Source of the DNA: Thainema sp.
Lineage (GTDB): Bacteria; Cyanobacteriota; Cyanobacteriia; Phormidesmidales; Phormidesmidaceae
Direction of reading: 5' to 3'
Assembly: GCA_052168235.1 (NCBI GenBank)
Contig: JBQLZK010000046.1
Span: 1 to 60,956 of the forward strand
Length of the DNA stretch: 60,956 nt
In this document: one piece after another, positions 9,531 through 19,831 of the stretch
Layout: the number at the start of each line of letters is the position of its first letter
How positions within the stretch are numbered: position 1 is the first letter of the stretch
Made by a program: the position numbers and the translations under genes
The notes under the pieces: model-generated
What the model saw: the letters and a program-made list of their open reading frames with translations, nothing else
What the model was told of the DNA's origin: nothing
Database searches by the model: none

Positions 9531-10130
9531 CTATTGCCAAACGTAGATTAGGATAAACAACACAATCCAGATTACGTCTACAAAGTGCCAGAAAATCGAG
9601 GTTGCGGCCACGCCATATTCGCCGCCCGCATAGTTATTGGGAATAAATGAGCGACCGAGCATAATCCCCTGCAGCAATACGCCCGTCAAAACGTGTAGGC
9701 CGTGAAAGCCCGTCAGCAGGTAAAACGTGCCGCCAAATAGCCCATCGGTAAAGCCGAAGGGCAGGTGCATCCACTCCACAGCTTGACCGTAGAGGAAGAA
9801 GCTGCCCATCGCCATCGTTAACAGCCAAAAGGCGCGAAAGCCCCACAGATTCTCTTTGTGCAGAAACCGCTCAGCAAAATAGATGACGAAGCTACTGGAT
9901 ACCAAGACGATCGTATTGATTAACGGCTCCCGCACTTCTAGTCCTTCCACACCAACTGGCAGCCAGTCTGTCGCGCCCAATTTATAGACGATATAGCCAA
10001 CAAAAAAGCTGAGGAAGATAACGCTTTCTGACAGCAGAAAAACGATAAAACCGAACATGCGGTTATCTTCATGCTCTTCGCCGTGGGCTGTCTGAGCATT
10101 GAGGGTGGAATCAAGATTAGCTGTGCTCAC
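9531..10130 (-). CDS. ctaE: Heme-copper oxidase subunit III
   Basis: FLLSESVIF, TGFHGLHV, FWHFVDVIW. Confidence 0.93.
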   Translation of the reverse strand: MSTANLDSTLNAQTAHGEEHEDNRMFGFIVFLLSESVIFLSFFVGYIVYKLGATDWLPVGVEGLEVREPLINTIVLVSSSFVIYFAERFLHKENLWGFRAFWLLTMAMGSFFLYGQAVEWMHLPFGFTDGLFGGTFYLLTGFHGLHVLTGVLLQGIMLGRSFIPNNYAGGEYGVAATSIFWHFVDVIWIVLFILIYVWQ

Positions 10131-11799
10131 TGGCTAGCTCCTTTGTCGGATCGTTTGCAACCAAGGGTTCATCGCTGCCGTAGCCATAGGGAGGCGACAC
10201 GATAATTGGAATCTGCTCAAAATTTTCGTGGGGCGGCGGCGAAGACACCAGCCACTCCAGGCCAATGGCGCGCCAGGGATTGTCCCCCGCTTCCTTGCCG
10301 CGTACCCAGGAACTCACCATGTTCAAGATAAAAGGCAGCGTAGAAACGCCCAACAGAAAGCCACCTAGACTAGCCAATACGTTCCAGAACGCGAACTCTG
10401 GGTCATAGGAGGCCACCCGACGCGGCATCCCCATCAGGCCGGCGGGGTGCATGGGCAAAAAGTTGAGATTGGCTCCGATAAACGTCAGCGCAAAGTGCAG
10501 CTTGCCTAAGCCCTCGTAATACATGCGCCCCGTCATCTTGGGGAACCAGTGATAGATAGCGGCGTAGAAGCCCATCACCACTGCCCCGAAAATCACGTAG
10601 TGGAAATGGCCCACCACAAAGTAGGTGTTATTGACGTGAATATCGAAGGGAGCCGAAGCCAGCATCACGCCCGTGATTCCGGCAAATAGCCACATGACCA
10701 GACCACCTAAGGCAAACAGCATCGGCGTATTCAGCCGCAGCTTACCGCCCCAGATCGTTGCTACCCAGGAGAAGACTTTAATTCCGGTTGGGACGGAAAT
10801 GGTCATTGTCGTGATCATAAACAGCATCCGCATCCAGCTGGGAGTGCCGCTAGCGAACATGTGGTGAACCCAGACAATGCCGCTCAGTCCGGTAATGATC
10901 AGAGACGACACGGCAACGGCTCTGTAGCCAAAGAGAGGTTTGCGGGCGTAGACCGGAAAGACTTCCGAAAAAACGCCAAAAATCGGCAGAATGATGACGT
11001 AAACCGCTGGGTGGGAGTAGAACCAGAAGAAGTGCTGATACAGGACTGGGTCGCCGCCCAGTTCAGGGTTGAAGAAGCTAGTGCCGACCGTGAGGTCAAA
11101 CAGCAGCATTACGGCACCTGCGGTCAAAGCGGGTAGACCAAAGAGCTGAATTAGCTGAGCTGAGAGCACTGTCCAGCAGAAAGCAGGCATCTTAAACCAA
11201 CCCATGCCGGGTGCCCGCATCCGGAAAATGGTGGTGACAATGTTGACGGCACCCATGATTGAGGAGATACCCGACAGTGCCACCGCTAAGAGCCAGAGAA
11301 ACTGGCCGTTAATCAAATTGCCCGTTGGGTTCTGCAAGCTGACGGGAGGATAAGCCCACCAGCCGGACTGGGAGGGGCCACCAGGAATGAAAAAACTGGT
11401 AATTAAGATCACGCCAAAGACGGGCACGAGCCAAAAGGCTGCTGCATTCAGCCGAGGAAAGGCCATATCCCGCGCCCCAATCATCAGCGGTACGAGGTAG
11501 TTAGCCAAACCGTTGAGCATGGGAAACGTCCACATGAACAGCATAATTGTGCCGTGCATCGTGAACAGGCCGTTGTAGACCGTGCGGTCAACTAGATCCG
11601 CTTCTGGCGTAATCAACTCGCCCCGCATCACCATCGCCAGCAGTCCGCCAAACAGGAAGAAGACGAAGGCCGTGACAATGTATTGAATACCAATCACTTT
11701 GTGATCGGTGCTGAACGTGAAAAATCTGCGCCAGTTGTCCGGTGCCCCTGGTTGGGGCTGAAGACTGGTTGTTCCAGCCCCCAACGTGGCATTACTCAT
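10117..11799 (-). CDS. ctaD: Heme-copper oxidase subunit I
   Basis: DHKVIG, HGTIM, WFYSHPAVY, WVHHMF, HFHY; start taken at MSNAT. Confidence 0.96.
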   Translation of the reverse strand: MSNATLGAGTTSLQPQPGAPDNWRRFFTFSTDHKVIGIQYIVTAFVFFLFGGLLAMVMRGELITPEADLVDRTVYNGLFTMHGTIMLFMWTFPMLNGLANYLVPLMIGARDMAFPRLNAAAFWLVPVFGVILITSFFIPGGPSQSGWWAYPPVSLQNPTGNLINGQFLWLLAVALSGISSIMGAVNIVTTIFRMRAPGMGWFKMPAFCWTVLSAQLIQLFGLPALTAGAVMLLFDLTVGTSFFNPELGGDPVLYQHFFWFYSHPAVYVIILPIFGVFSEVFPVYARKPLFGYRAVAVSSLIITGLSGIVWVHHMFASGTPSWMRMLFMITTMTISVPTGIKVFSWVATIWGGKLRLNTPMLFALGGLVMWLFAGITGVMLASAPFDIHVNNTYFVVGHFHYVIFGAVVMGFYAAIYHWFPKMTGRMYYEGLGKLHFALTFIGANLNFLPMHPAGLMGMPRRVASYDPEFAFWNVLASLGGFLLGVSTLPFILNMVSSWVRGKEAGDNPWRAIGLEWLVSSPPPHENFEQIPIIVSPPYGYGSDEPLVANDPTKELASEHS

Positions 11800-12709
11800 A
11801 GGAATCCTCCTCTGAACTGGCGTAGTTAACAACAGGTGCTGGGGCAGGTTCTACGGTTGCCCAGCCCAGATCAATGGCAGCTTGCGCTGAGCGGTTAAAT
11901 TCGTCGTAGGCGACGTTGGGCGCAGGCGATGGCGGTGTCTCGGCGGCGGTCGCTAGCCACTGCTGATAGTCTTCCGCCGACTCCACAACTACATTGGTTT
12001 GATTCGCTGCAAAGTAAGTCCCGCTATACTGCGAATCTCGTATCCGATAGCGCCCTTCCCGCACAGGCGTAAACTGAAATTCGATTTCTTCGCCGGGTAC
12101 AACATCTTGCTTGATGCGGAAAGCCGGGATAAATAAACCATGCAGCACATCCTCCGAGGACAGCAGCAGCTTAGCTCGCTGATTCACGGGGACATGTAGC
12201 TCCGTGCTGCTAATGCCGTCGGGATAGCGAAATTCCCAAGCCCACTGCCGTGCATAGACTTTAATGGGTTCATCTGTGGCAGGTTTATCTATGCTTAGAG
12301 CCGCCGCTTCAGCGACAGGCATCCCCATTGCCATCGGTTCAATTGGCCCTAAGATGGCCATCCGCGCATAGGTCTGGTAGCTAAAGGCAGCAATCCAGAT
12401 GACTAACAGAATGGGAATGGCTGTCCAGATTACCTCCAGCGTGACGTTGCCTTCCACCGGGGGGCCATCGCTGAAATCGTATTTGCTGGCCCGCTGAAAC
12501 AGAACGGAGTAGAGCAGTGCGCCAGATACGCCAAAGAAAATAAAGCTGCCGATGGTGGTCATGAAGCTAAACAGATTGTCCACCAGCATAGATTCTGCTG
12601 AGGCTTGGGGCGGCATCCAGTTGTAGGCTTGCTGACCAATCCACAGGCTGAGAACCAGATCTGCGATCGCAAGTCCCACCAGCACCAAAATTGTGCGTCG
12701 TCGATTCAT
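11792..12709 (-). CDS. ctaC: Heme-copper oxidase subunit II lacking CuA ligands (ARTO type)
   Basis: LEVIWTAIP, QWAWEFRY, DVLH; the CuA motif is replaced by DSQYSGTYFAAN. Confidence 0.92.
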   Translation of the reverse strand: MNRRRTILVLVGLAIADLVLSLWIGQQAYNWMPPQASAESMLVDNLFSFMTTIGSFIFFGVSGALLYSVLFQRASKYDFSDGPPVEGNVTLEVIWTAIPILLVIWIAAFSYQTYARMAILGPIEPMAMGMPVAEAAALSIDKPATDEPIKVYARQWAWEFRYPDGISSTELHVPVNQRAKLLLSSEDVLHGLFIPAFRIKQDVVPGEEIEFQFTPVREGRYRIRDSQYSGTYFAANQTNVVVESAEDYQQWLATAAETPPSPAPNVAYDEFNRSAQAAIDLGWATVEPAPAPVVNYASSEEDSYE

Positions 12710-12714
12710 ATCTG

Positions 12715-13344
12715 CTACAGCCTCAAATGCTTGATCAACATATCCAGTTGGGTGTTGGGATTAATCCCTGCCCGAATCAGCCGATCGGCACTGATGTGAA
12801 CCCCAAAATCTGCGCCCAGATGTGCGCCCAATGTGCCCTGGAGAAACATCAGCACGAAAATAAACAGACCCGCGATTAGATAGCTCCACTGCACCTGACG
12901 CGCCCGATCCTGTCGCCAGACATAGCGCTGGAAACCGCGCCAGATGGTCATACCGACAATCAATCCTAACAGGAGGACACCACCTAGACCGTGCCAAATC
13001 ATGGTGTCCAGCGCGTTAAGCCCCCAGGGACTGACCATATCCTGCGGCGGATCGGCTAGCAGGATTTCGTAAAAGCCAGCCGCAACCGTAAAAAAGGTAA
13101 TAATTGCCGCCGCTACCATGTTGAACCAGCCGACATCGTAGAGATCCGAGCTAGTGGTGGTAATCGCCAGAAACTTGAAAATTGGCTTTTCCAGCGGATA
13201 GAGCGCCGCCACGATATCAAATGCGATCGCAACTATGAACAGCCCTAGGGTCAAATGCACTAGGTTGGGGTGAATCGGCAGACCATACGGTAATCCATTA
13301 GCTCCTAAACCCAAAACCATTGTTGGTAATCGTTCATCCATCAT
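12715..13344 (-). CDS. DUF2231 membrane protein
   Basis: PIHPNLVHLTLGLF; translationally coupled (TAATG) to the upstream paralog. Confidence 0.85.
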   Translation of the reverse strand: MMDERLPTMVLGLGANGLPYGLPIHPNLVHLTLGLFIVAIAFDIVAALYPLEKPIFKFLAITTTSSDLYDVGWFNMVAAAIITFFTVAAGFYEILLADPPQDMVSPWGLNALDTMIWHGLGGVLLLGLIVGMTIWRGFQRYVWRQDRARQVQWSYLIAGLFIFVLMFLQGTLGAHLGADFGVHISADRLIRAGINPNTQLDMLIKHLRL

Positions 13345-13844
13345 TACAACAATCCCTTCCGCGCTGCCTCTACTACCGCCTCGGTATGTAGGCCATAAAC
13401 CCACACCAACTTATCGCCGAGGTAAACCTGAAACAGGACAATCACCGTTAGGATAACGTTCATGCCCATATACGCCTTCGGCAGAGAGTCAGGATTTTGC
13501 ACGCGAATGATATAGCGCCAAGCGGTAATGGCCGCCAGAATACCCGATAGCGACCAGCCAATCAGAGTATGTAAATTGAGATCCCCAGCCGCAGCAGCAT
13601 AGGGTGTGGCTAGACCCGCCTCTATTTGACCAAAAATAATGGCGATAAAGATTGAAACGGTCGCAAATACCATGTTCCACCAGCCCACTTCGTACAGGCG
13701 GGGATTTTTGGTGAAATATCCGATGATGTCGCATAAGACGCCAAACAGAACCATCGCAATCACAAAGTGAACGACGATCGGATGAATGGTATCGGGATAG
13801 GGCAAATTATGGTTATTAAGAGGAGGTAGTAAATCTTCAAACAC
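13344..13844 (-). CDS. DUF2231 membrane protein
   Basis: TIHPIVVHFVIAM...LGDKLVWVYG; GTG start with AGGAG RBS. Confidence 0.85.
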   Translation of the reverse strand: MFEDLLPPLNNHNLPYPDTIHPIVVHFVIAMVLFGVLCDIIGYFTKNPRLYEVGWWNMVFATVSIFIAIIFGQIEAGLATPYAAAAGDLNLHTLIGWSLSGILAAITAWRYIIRVQNPDSLPKAYMGMNVILTVIVLFQVYLGDKLVWVYGLHTEAVVEAARKGLL

Positions 13845-13996
13845 AGGTTTCTCCTAAGAGAATCAACAAATCGCTTGAGTTGGCTGTTGATAATTGGATT
13901 GACTAGTTAGATAAATAGCAGCAGCTATTTTGGGACAGGAAATCAAGCCGTTCTAAACGAAATTTGCTTGGATGCCTATTAAATATTTCAATCAAC

Positions 13997-14100
13997 AAGT
14001 AGGTTGGCATAAATAAACACATTCTAGAAACCGGGGGATTGCTCCGGAGGGACACTCCCCCAGTTTTCAGATTTTGCATTTATCCACATGTAGCTACTTA
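13997..14100. mobile_element. MITE-like element (AAGTAGGTTGGCAT...CTACTTA family), copy 1
   Basis: Reverse-complement homologue at 41554-41658; short TIRs and an internal GGGGA...TCCCC hairpin. Confidence 0.75.
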
Positions 14101-14718
14101 CTGTTAAATTGCTACACAAAAACAGTCGATATACCAGCCGACATTAACAACACGTAGGTTGTTTCTGAATAGTGTCAGCTAAGAAACAAACCAAGATTGA
14201 ATACGTAACCTTTTATACATGACCTCCGGGGAATTACGTTCTTATTGTGCCGCAGTTCAACCCTATCCTAAAAAGTTTTCAGCATATCTTCCAGATGGTT
14301 CAATCGGTTGGGTCATTTTATTTTTGGAATGTCGCTACGGTTGTCTTCTATGTCGTAATATTCTTTGATCACTTTTTCAATAAAAATTTAGATTTTTTTC
14401 ACTCTTTTGAGAGAGGCGAATTGGGCGATTTCTTTTTGTCACTCAAATTGTTCATCATGGACAAAGATATACATCCGAAGCTCTCAGGTGAGATACGTAG
14501 GGTGGGCACACCCACCATAACCTTAGACCTGATGCAGAGACGGTGGTGGACGCTGCCCGCCCTACTCTGTGAATAACTCTCTGTGAATAACTCAGGCTCA
14601 ATCATTCATTAGCTGTCTGGTGATGGCAAGGTTGAAGACGGGACAGTTCCGGAAAAAACTCACGCGGATCTGAAGCTATAGAGCATTAATATTTCGCTAT
14701 TAGGCCCCCAGTCGATTC

Positions 14719-15234
14719 ATGGACTTCCTCTTTTTGAGCGTGATCAACCGCTATTTCTGGCTGATTTGCCTACTCGTCACCTGGCTCAATACGGTGATTT
14801 TTAAAGTGCGATCGCAGTCTCATATCCGGGACAATCCAGCACTGGCACCCGGTTACGCGACTTTAATTCGCGGTTTCCTGGTTTGCTCTAGCTTGCCGTG
14901 GTTGGTGATGGGGTTTGGTATTGTGGTGGGTGATGTGCCGACCATTTGGCATTTTCTCTATCCCAACACCAGCGACCCCTACGTGTTGACCTGGTGGGTT
15001 ACGTATTGGCTCACGATTGGGTTTGTTGCCTATTGGGTCATCCTGCGCGGCGGTGCAGAAATCATGGTGAGTCATCCGGGCTTTTTGAGGGGCAATCCCA
15101 CGAATCCTCAGCTAATCAAGCTGTTCTGGTTACTGGCGCTGGCTGTGGCAACAGCTTTTACCGTGATTATGTTTAACCAGCCGTTGCTCGACATTACTAC
15201 AACAGGCACGCCTATTATGCCAAGTCAGTTTTGA
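14719..15234 (+). CDS. Hypothetical membrane protein (4 TM)
   Basis: Four hydrophobic, Trp-rich segments. Confidence 0.7.
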   Translation: MDFLFLSVINRYFWLICLLVTWLNTVIFKVRSQSHIRDNPALAPGYATLIRGFLVCSSLPWLVMGFGIVVGDVPTIWHFLYPNTSDPYVLTWWVTYWLTIGFVAYWVILRGGAEIMVSHPGFLRGNPTNPQLIKLFWLLALAVATAFTVIMFNQPLLDITTTGTPIMPSQF

Positions 15235-15277
15235 TTACTGATGGCCTATCACCCATCAAAACCTTCAAATGCAAGCA

Positions 15278-15583
15278 TCACAATGCTGTATACCAATCAG
15301 CATAGGGCGTGTTCTTGACCAGATGCCGATTGTAATCGGGCATGTCATCATCCCACCACACGGGACCACGTTCACCTAGCGCAACTTTGGCGGCATGCAC
15401 CTGCTGACGAGCCACTTTTAATGCCGTTTCATCACTTGCATGTTTAACAGCTCGCCGGGCTGCCATCAGCTCACGAACGAACTGTTGACGCGTCGCTGCG
15501 TCTAAGTGGGGATTTGTACAGCGCCACAGTCGGCCTTTCACAACAAAATAGCGACCATCAGGAGTCGTTGGATAATCGGCCAT
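15278..15583 (-). CDS. Conserved hypothetical protein
   Basis: TPDGRYFVVKGRLWR...LGERGPVWW..PDYNRH..NTPYADW looks like a conserved small bacterial family. Confidence 0.75.
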   Translation of the reverse strand: MADYPTTPDGRYFVVKGRLWRCTNPHLDAATRQQFVRELMAARRAVKHASDETALKVARQQVHAAKVALGERGPVWWDDDMPDYNRHLVKNTPYADWYTAL

Positions 15584-15749
15584 AGCAAAATCGGAGCATT
15601 ACTGGGTCATACGAAATTCGGTTAAAGCCCGATAATTTATTGTGATACGCGGACTTGATATCATTCGGAAATGATCTGCATGGCATCGCAAGACTGGACT
15701 TACCGTAACAGAAAAATATCGTTAAAATATCGCTACTGGATCACCTGCA

Positions 15750-18700
15750 CTACAGCGTAAACGGCGCAATTGGCTCAATATCTGGATCATGGCCTCCCAC
15801 CTGATTGGTTCGCAGCACCCAAACCGAAGCACCGTGTTCGAGAAAGATTTTGACAATGCGATCGCTAGCCAAGCGGGGCAGCAATGTCCGCCAACTGTTT
15901 AGCCCTGCGGCTAGATTGCGGAACGGTTTATCTTCGAGCGTACTGCCCAGATTATATTCGTTCCGTTCCCAGTCAATTCGAGGACTGCCAAAGGGCTGGA
16001 GCTGCTGTTTGAGTGCCTGCCCAAGCTGCACCAGTTGCTGAAAGCGCTGCCACTGATCGGGATAGTGATCCCGCCACGTTTGCAGCCAATCCGATTGCAG
16101 CTGAATCAAATACTCAATCTGTTGCAGACTGGCAAACAGAGCCTGGTTAGAGTCTTGGGCGCAGTTATTAGCTGGCCCAACGTAAGTGCCTCCCGTACCG
16201 TCGCCAATCCGATAGCGAGCTAGCATGACCTGAAGCTGCGTCAGCATCAAATGCAGCGGTGACTGTTTTCGGCCTGTGGGACTCTCGTAGTCGCCCGTGA
16301 AGGCATCATGCTTGATCAAAATATCCGCGACGGGACGAGAACCCATCCAGCCAAACTGCCGATCGCCCATATAGCGCGACCAGTGCAGCGCTCCGGCGGG
16401 CAAGCCGTCGGTATTGTTGGTGTAGACCTGGTAGTAGCGAATATCAAAGCATAAATTGCCAGTCAGCGGTTCTCGCACCACTTTGGCCAAACCATAGGCA
16501 AAGTGACCAAAGAAGATCGGTGTCGCTGCTGAGGGTTCCTTTTTTCTGCCGCCGATGCCGCCATAGACATGCAGCAGTAGGGCTCGATCACCTTCCTGCC
16601 AATCGTCAACTGCCGCTTGGGGCGAGGCGTGCGATTCCGCAGCAATTAGTACCGACTGAATGCGTCCCTTCTGGGCCGCAGTATCTGACCAGGTTTCTTG
16701 TCGAATAAATTTGTAGCCTGCGGCGGCGTCGCCAATTACCCGTTCAGGCTGGAGCCGCAATAGCGATCGCGGTGCTAAGGACTGAACCACAAACTGCCCA
16801 TGCCGATTTTTTGCGCCATAGATGTACCAGCCTGTTTCATTGAGATAAGAATCCTCAATGTGCTGATTCACGGAAGGAAAGGAACCGTTTTGATCCGCCA
16901 CGACCTGCGGCAGCAGCACCACTTCTTCCTCGCCATCAAACTGACGCGAAGCCGGATTGAAGTGAGTCACGCGATACTGATCCGAATCGTCAACCCTGCT
17001 CTGAAACTGCACCAGGCCATAGTAACGACCCGTAATTACCATCGGCGGCGCATCAATTTGAAGTGAGATCGCACTGTTAATCGCACTGTTAATCGCACCA
17101 TCATAATCCTGCCGATCCTTTGATCGTGCTGCATCCGACTGACCATGAACCACCGTCACCCCATCTTCCGGCAGCGCCACAATCACATCATCAACTGGAT
17201 GCGTCGCCGCTAGCGACTCTAGCGGATCGACCTGCTGCCAATGGTTGAGACGATTGGGATGAACGAGACCACCGAAACGGCTGGTATACACGGCTTCCGC
17301 GCTAAAGTGGACATCCTTGCGGGTTGATTTTACGTAGCGCTGCACCAGCGGATCGCGGCTCCACTGCAGTTTGACGACTTGACCAACCAGTTCAGCCTGT
17401 TCCGCTGGCGCATGATAGACCTTGAACCACACACCGTTCACCTGGCGGCGCTCATCATGTTTGGGCAAAATCAGCCGCCCCATCCAAGATGCGATCGCAC
17501 AATAGTTGGACGAGACGGACTGCTGCGCGGGGTAGTAGGTATAGCGGTTAAACTCGGCTTGCTGATAGAGGCTGTAGTTGCTGGGCTTCCGCTCCGCTAG
17601 TTCTTCATCCTCTAAAATCTCGCCTTTGAGCGCTGCCTGAATCGCGTCAATGGTACGCTCCAATGCCGTGCGGCCATCCTCTAGCTGCAGCTCAGGATCC
17701 ATAATGCCGCCGGGAACTTGGTGCCCCACTGGGCCAAGAGACATAATGCTGATCTTGCCCCGCCGCTTGGCTCGATTCCAATAAGATAAGAAGAACAGCT
17801 TCCAGCGACCCGGAAACATAATTGGGCCAAGCTTTTCCACTCCGTCTTTGTCGCCCACAAAATGGTAGAGGTGTTCGAGTTCCAGAATGTTGCAGTTGCC
17901 GCTGATCACCCCGCCCAGCGAAATCACATCAATCGGCGCACTGACGGCCCGCTTCAAAAACGGCGCACAGGCGGCAGCCATCTGTCCGCCGCCACTGTAG
18001 CCAATCAGCGTAATCGGGATGCCGCTCCTCAGTAGATAACCATTTTTAATGAGACCGTTGTAGACGACCTGGGCGATGCCGCGATTGTAGAGCGGACCAT
18101 AGCGCTTATCGGCAGACACGGACACGATAATCGTATTGCGAATGTTCACCATCAGGCCCAGAACGCTGGCTGGATTGGCAATCCTTACCTTATCTGTCAG
18201 TCGCCATAGAAAAGCTAAGGGACGATCTTCATCCAGCGGGTTATTCAGTACCGAATAGGGCATAATGCCCCGAATCAGCGCTACATTGGAGGGCAGTACC
18301 GGAGTCAGGGCGCTCAGAAAATCCTCCACATCCGGCATGTATTCGAACGTGGACTTGCCGATGCCGTCAAGGTAGACAATATAGCGAGACACGCCATCTG
18401 GCTCAGCAATTGGGGTGGCTAGTTCTCCAGAGTTAATCGTCGTATCCACTTCATCTTCATACCAGCCGGCCCACCAGCCCAGCGTTTCCAGCGGAGCCAG
18501 AAAGCCCGAAACGACAACGGCGACGATGCCAATCCAGGCTAGGTCGATCCCGAACCGCATAAATCCCGGCAAATGTTGGTAGGAACCAAACAACCATTCC
18601 CGTACGGGTTCTAACAGGATGACAATACAAATCGTCGCGAACACAATGCCCAATAGTCCAAAGACTGTTCTGAGCATATGGCGCTGCGGGACAGGTCGAG

Positions 18701-19550
18701 CAGGCTTGGCCTTGGCTGGTTCAGGCGTTTTGGATGCAGAAGTGGTTGGGGTTGGGCTAGATGAAGCTGCGATCGCACTTACTCTACTAGCACTAGCATC
18801 TGTCCTGGTACTGGCCCCAGCCCGTCGCCCCGAGAGGGCTGCATTCCAGTTTTCATTGACGGCGGCACCCGTTGGTGACGTAATCTGGAGCGACGGTTGA
18901 GTGAACGGATTCGCCGCTTGGCTCAGTTCGCCGCGTAGTAACTCCGCCAGTTCCCGCCGACTGCGAGCCAACGACACGCCCGCCGTCCGATCGGCCAGCC
19001 AGCGACCAAAGTTGGCAATGGGCTGACCTACGGTTTGCTGCAAAACCTGGAAGATAAACCAACCAACGGCCAGATAGCCAAAGGCTGCACCAGTGCTAAC
19101 TTGTGCGATCGCAGCAAAACCAACAACCATCGCCAGCAGATGCCAAATCGATAAGCCTGTGAGAATCGGCACCCCCAGATAGGGTAGCGCCCCCAAAAAG
19201 CTAAAGACCAGCGGCGCATAGGCAATCCCGATCACCACCGCTAATTTGACGAGCGGCACATCTGCCGCCCAAGGCAGCAGCGTGATCAGCCAGGTACTCA
19301 ACACGATAAATACAAAGCCTGCCACATACAGCAGCGTATTAATCAGCAGACTGAAGACGAATCGAATCGGCTGCACTCGGTTAATAAACAGGATAATGCT
19401 CTGAGCTACCGCCTGAGCCACGCCTGCCGCAACGACCACGATCAGAGCAGCTATCCATCCCTTGGGTAGAGTAGCGACCCGTTCAAAGACCTTAGGATTA
19501 AGGGTAAAAACCCAGCCGACCAACGTCCAAAATTGATCTAAAGCGCTCAT
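15750..19550 (-). CDS. Large membrane protein: Yip1-like TM domain, alpha/beta-hydrolase-like domain and cyanobacterial 'CAAX protease'-associated domain
   Basis: N-terminal TM bundle; YLDGIG and GYSGGG nucleophile elbow; C-terminal HVYGGIGG, GHFAYG, NCAQDSNQ. Confidence 0.75.
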   Translation of the reverse strand: MSALDQFWTLVGWVFTLNPKVFERVATLPKGWIAALIVVVAAGVAQAVAQSIILFINRVQPIRFVFSLLINTLLYVAGFVFIVLSTWLITLLPWAADVPLVKLAVVIGIAYAPLVFSFLGALPYLGVPILTGLSIWHLLAMVVGFAAIAQVSTGAAFGYLAVGWFIFQVLQQTVGQPIANFGRWLADRTAGVSLARSRRELAELLRGELSQAANPFTQPSLQITSPTGAAVNENWNAALSGRRAGASTRTDASASRVSAIAASSSPTPTTSASKTPEPAKAKPARPVPQRHMLRTVFGLLGIVFATICIVILLEPVREWLFGSYQHLPGFMRFGIDLAWIGIVAVVVSGFLAPLETLGWWAGWYEDEVDTTINSGELATPIAEPDGVSRYIVYLDGIGKSTFEYMPDVEDFLSALTPVLPSNVALIRGIMPYSVLNNPLDEDRPLAFLWRLTDKVRIANPASVLGLMVNIRNTIIVSVSADKRYGPLYNRGIAQVVYNGLIKNGYLLRSGIPITLIGYSGGGQMAAACAPFLKRAVSAPIDVISLGGVISGNCNILELEHLYHFVGDKDGVEKLGPIMFPGRWKLFFLSYWNRAKRRGKISIMSLGPVGHQVPGGIMDPELQLEDGRTALERTIDAIQAALKGEILEDEELAERKPSNYSLYQQAEFNRYTYYPAQQSVSSNYCAIASWMGRLILPKHDERRQVNGVWFKVYHAPAEQAELVGQVVKLQWSRDPLVQRYVKSTRKDVHFSAEAVYTSRFGGLVHPNRLNHWQQVDPLESLAATHPVDDVIVALPEDGVTVVHGQSDAARSKDRQDYDGAINSAINSAISLQIDAPPMVITGRYYGLVQFQSRVDDSDQYRVTHFNPASRQFDGEEEVVLLPQVVADQNGSFPSVNQHIEDSYLNETGWYIYGAKNRHGQFVVQSLAPRSLLRLQPERVIGDAAAGYKFIRQETWSDTAAQKGRIQSVLIAAESHASPQAAVDDWQEGDRALLLHVYGGIGGRKKEPSAATPIFFGHFAYGLAKVVREPLTGNLCFDIRYYQVYTNNTDGLPAGALHWSRYMGDRQFGWMGSRPVADILIKHDAFTGDYESPTGRKQSPLHLMLTQLQVMLARYRIGDGTGGTYVGPANNCAQDSNQALFASLQQIEYLIQLQSDWLQTWRDHYPDQWQRFQQLVQLGQALKQQLQPFGSPRIDWERNEYNLGSTLEDKPFRNLAAGLNSWRTLLPRLASDRIVKIFLEHGASVWVLRTNQVGGHDPDIEPIAPFTL

Positions 19551-19831
19551 GCAGTTCTCTTTAACTTGCTTATGGGGTAGTGGTACATCGGTAATGATTT
19601 GTGGTGGTATGGGCACGATTCACACCACCACAATTTATTAGCTTTTGAGGCAGCTTTTGAGGGCAATTGTTTGTTGTTGTAATTTGCGGTTGCAGAATTG
19701 CGGTGTCGTATTTGATTGTAAAAGTAGAAATGCCGTCAAGCCCAAACTCGAATTTGATAGGATAGCTCTGTTCGACCTTAAAGAAACTACACGTAAAGCT
19801 GGGCCGTCTGTCTTTGACTGCTCATTCTTCT

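Noticed and set aside
14247..14605. ORFs 14247..14576(+) and 14399..14605(-)
   Set aside because: No recognisable motifs. The minus strand may be a decayed gene with several stops, but I cannot assign it.
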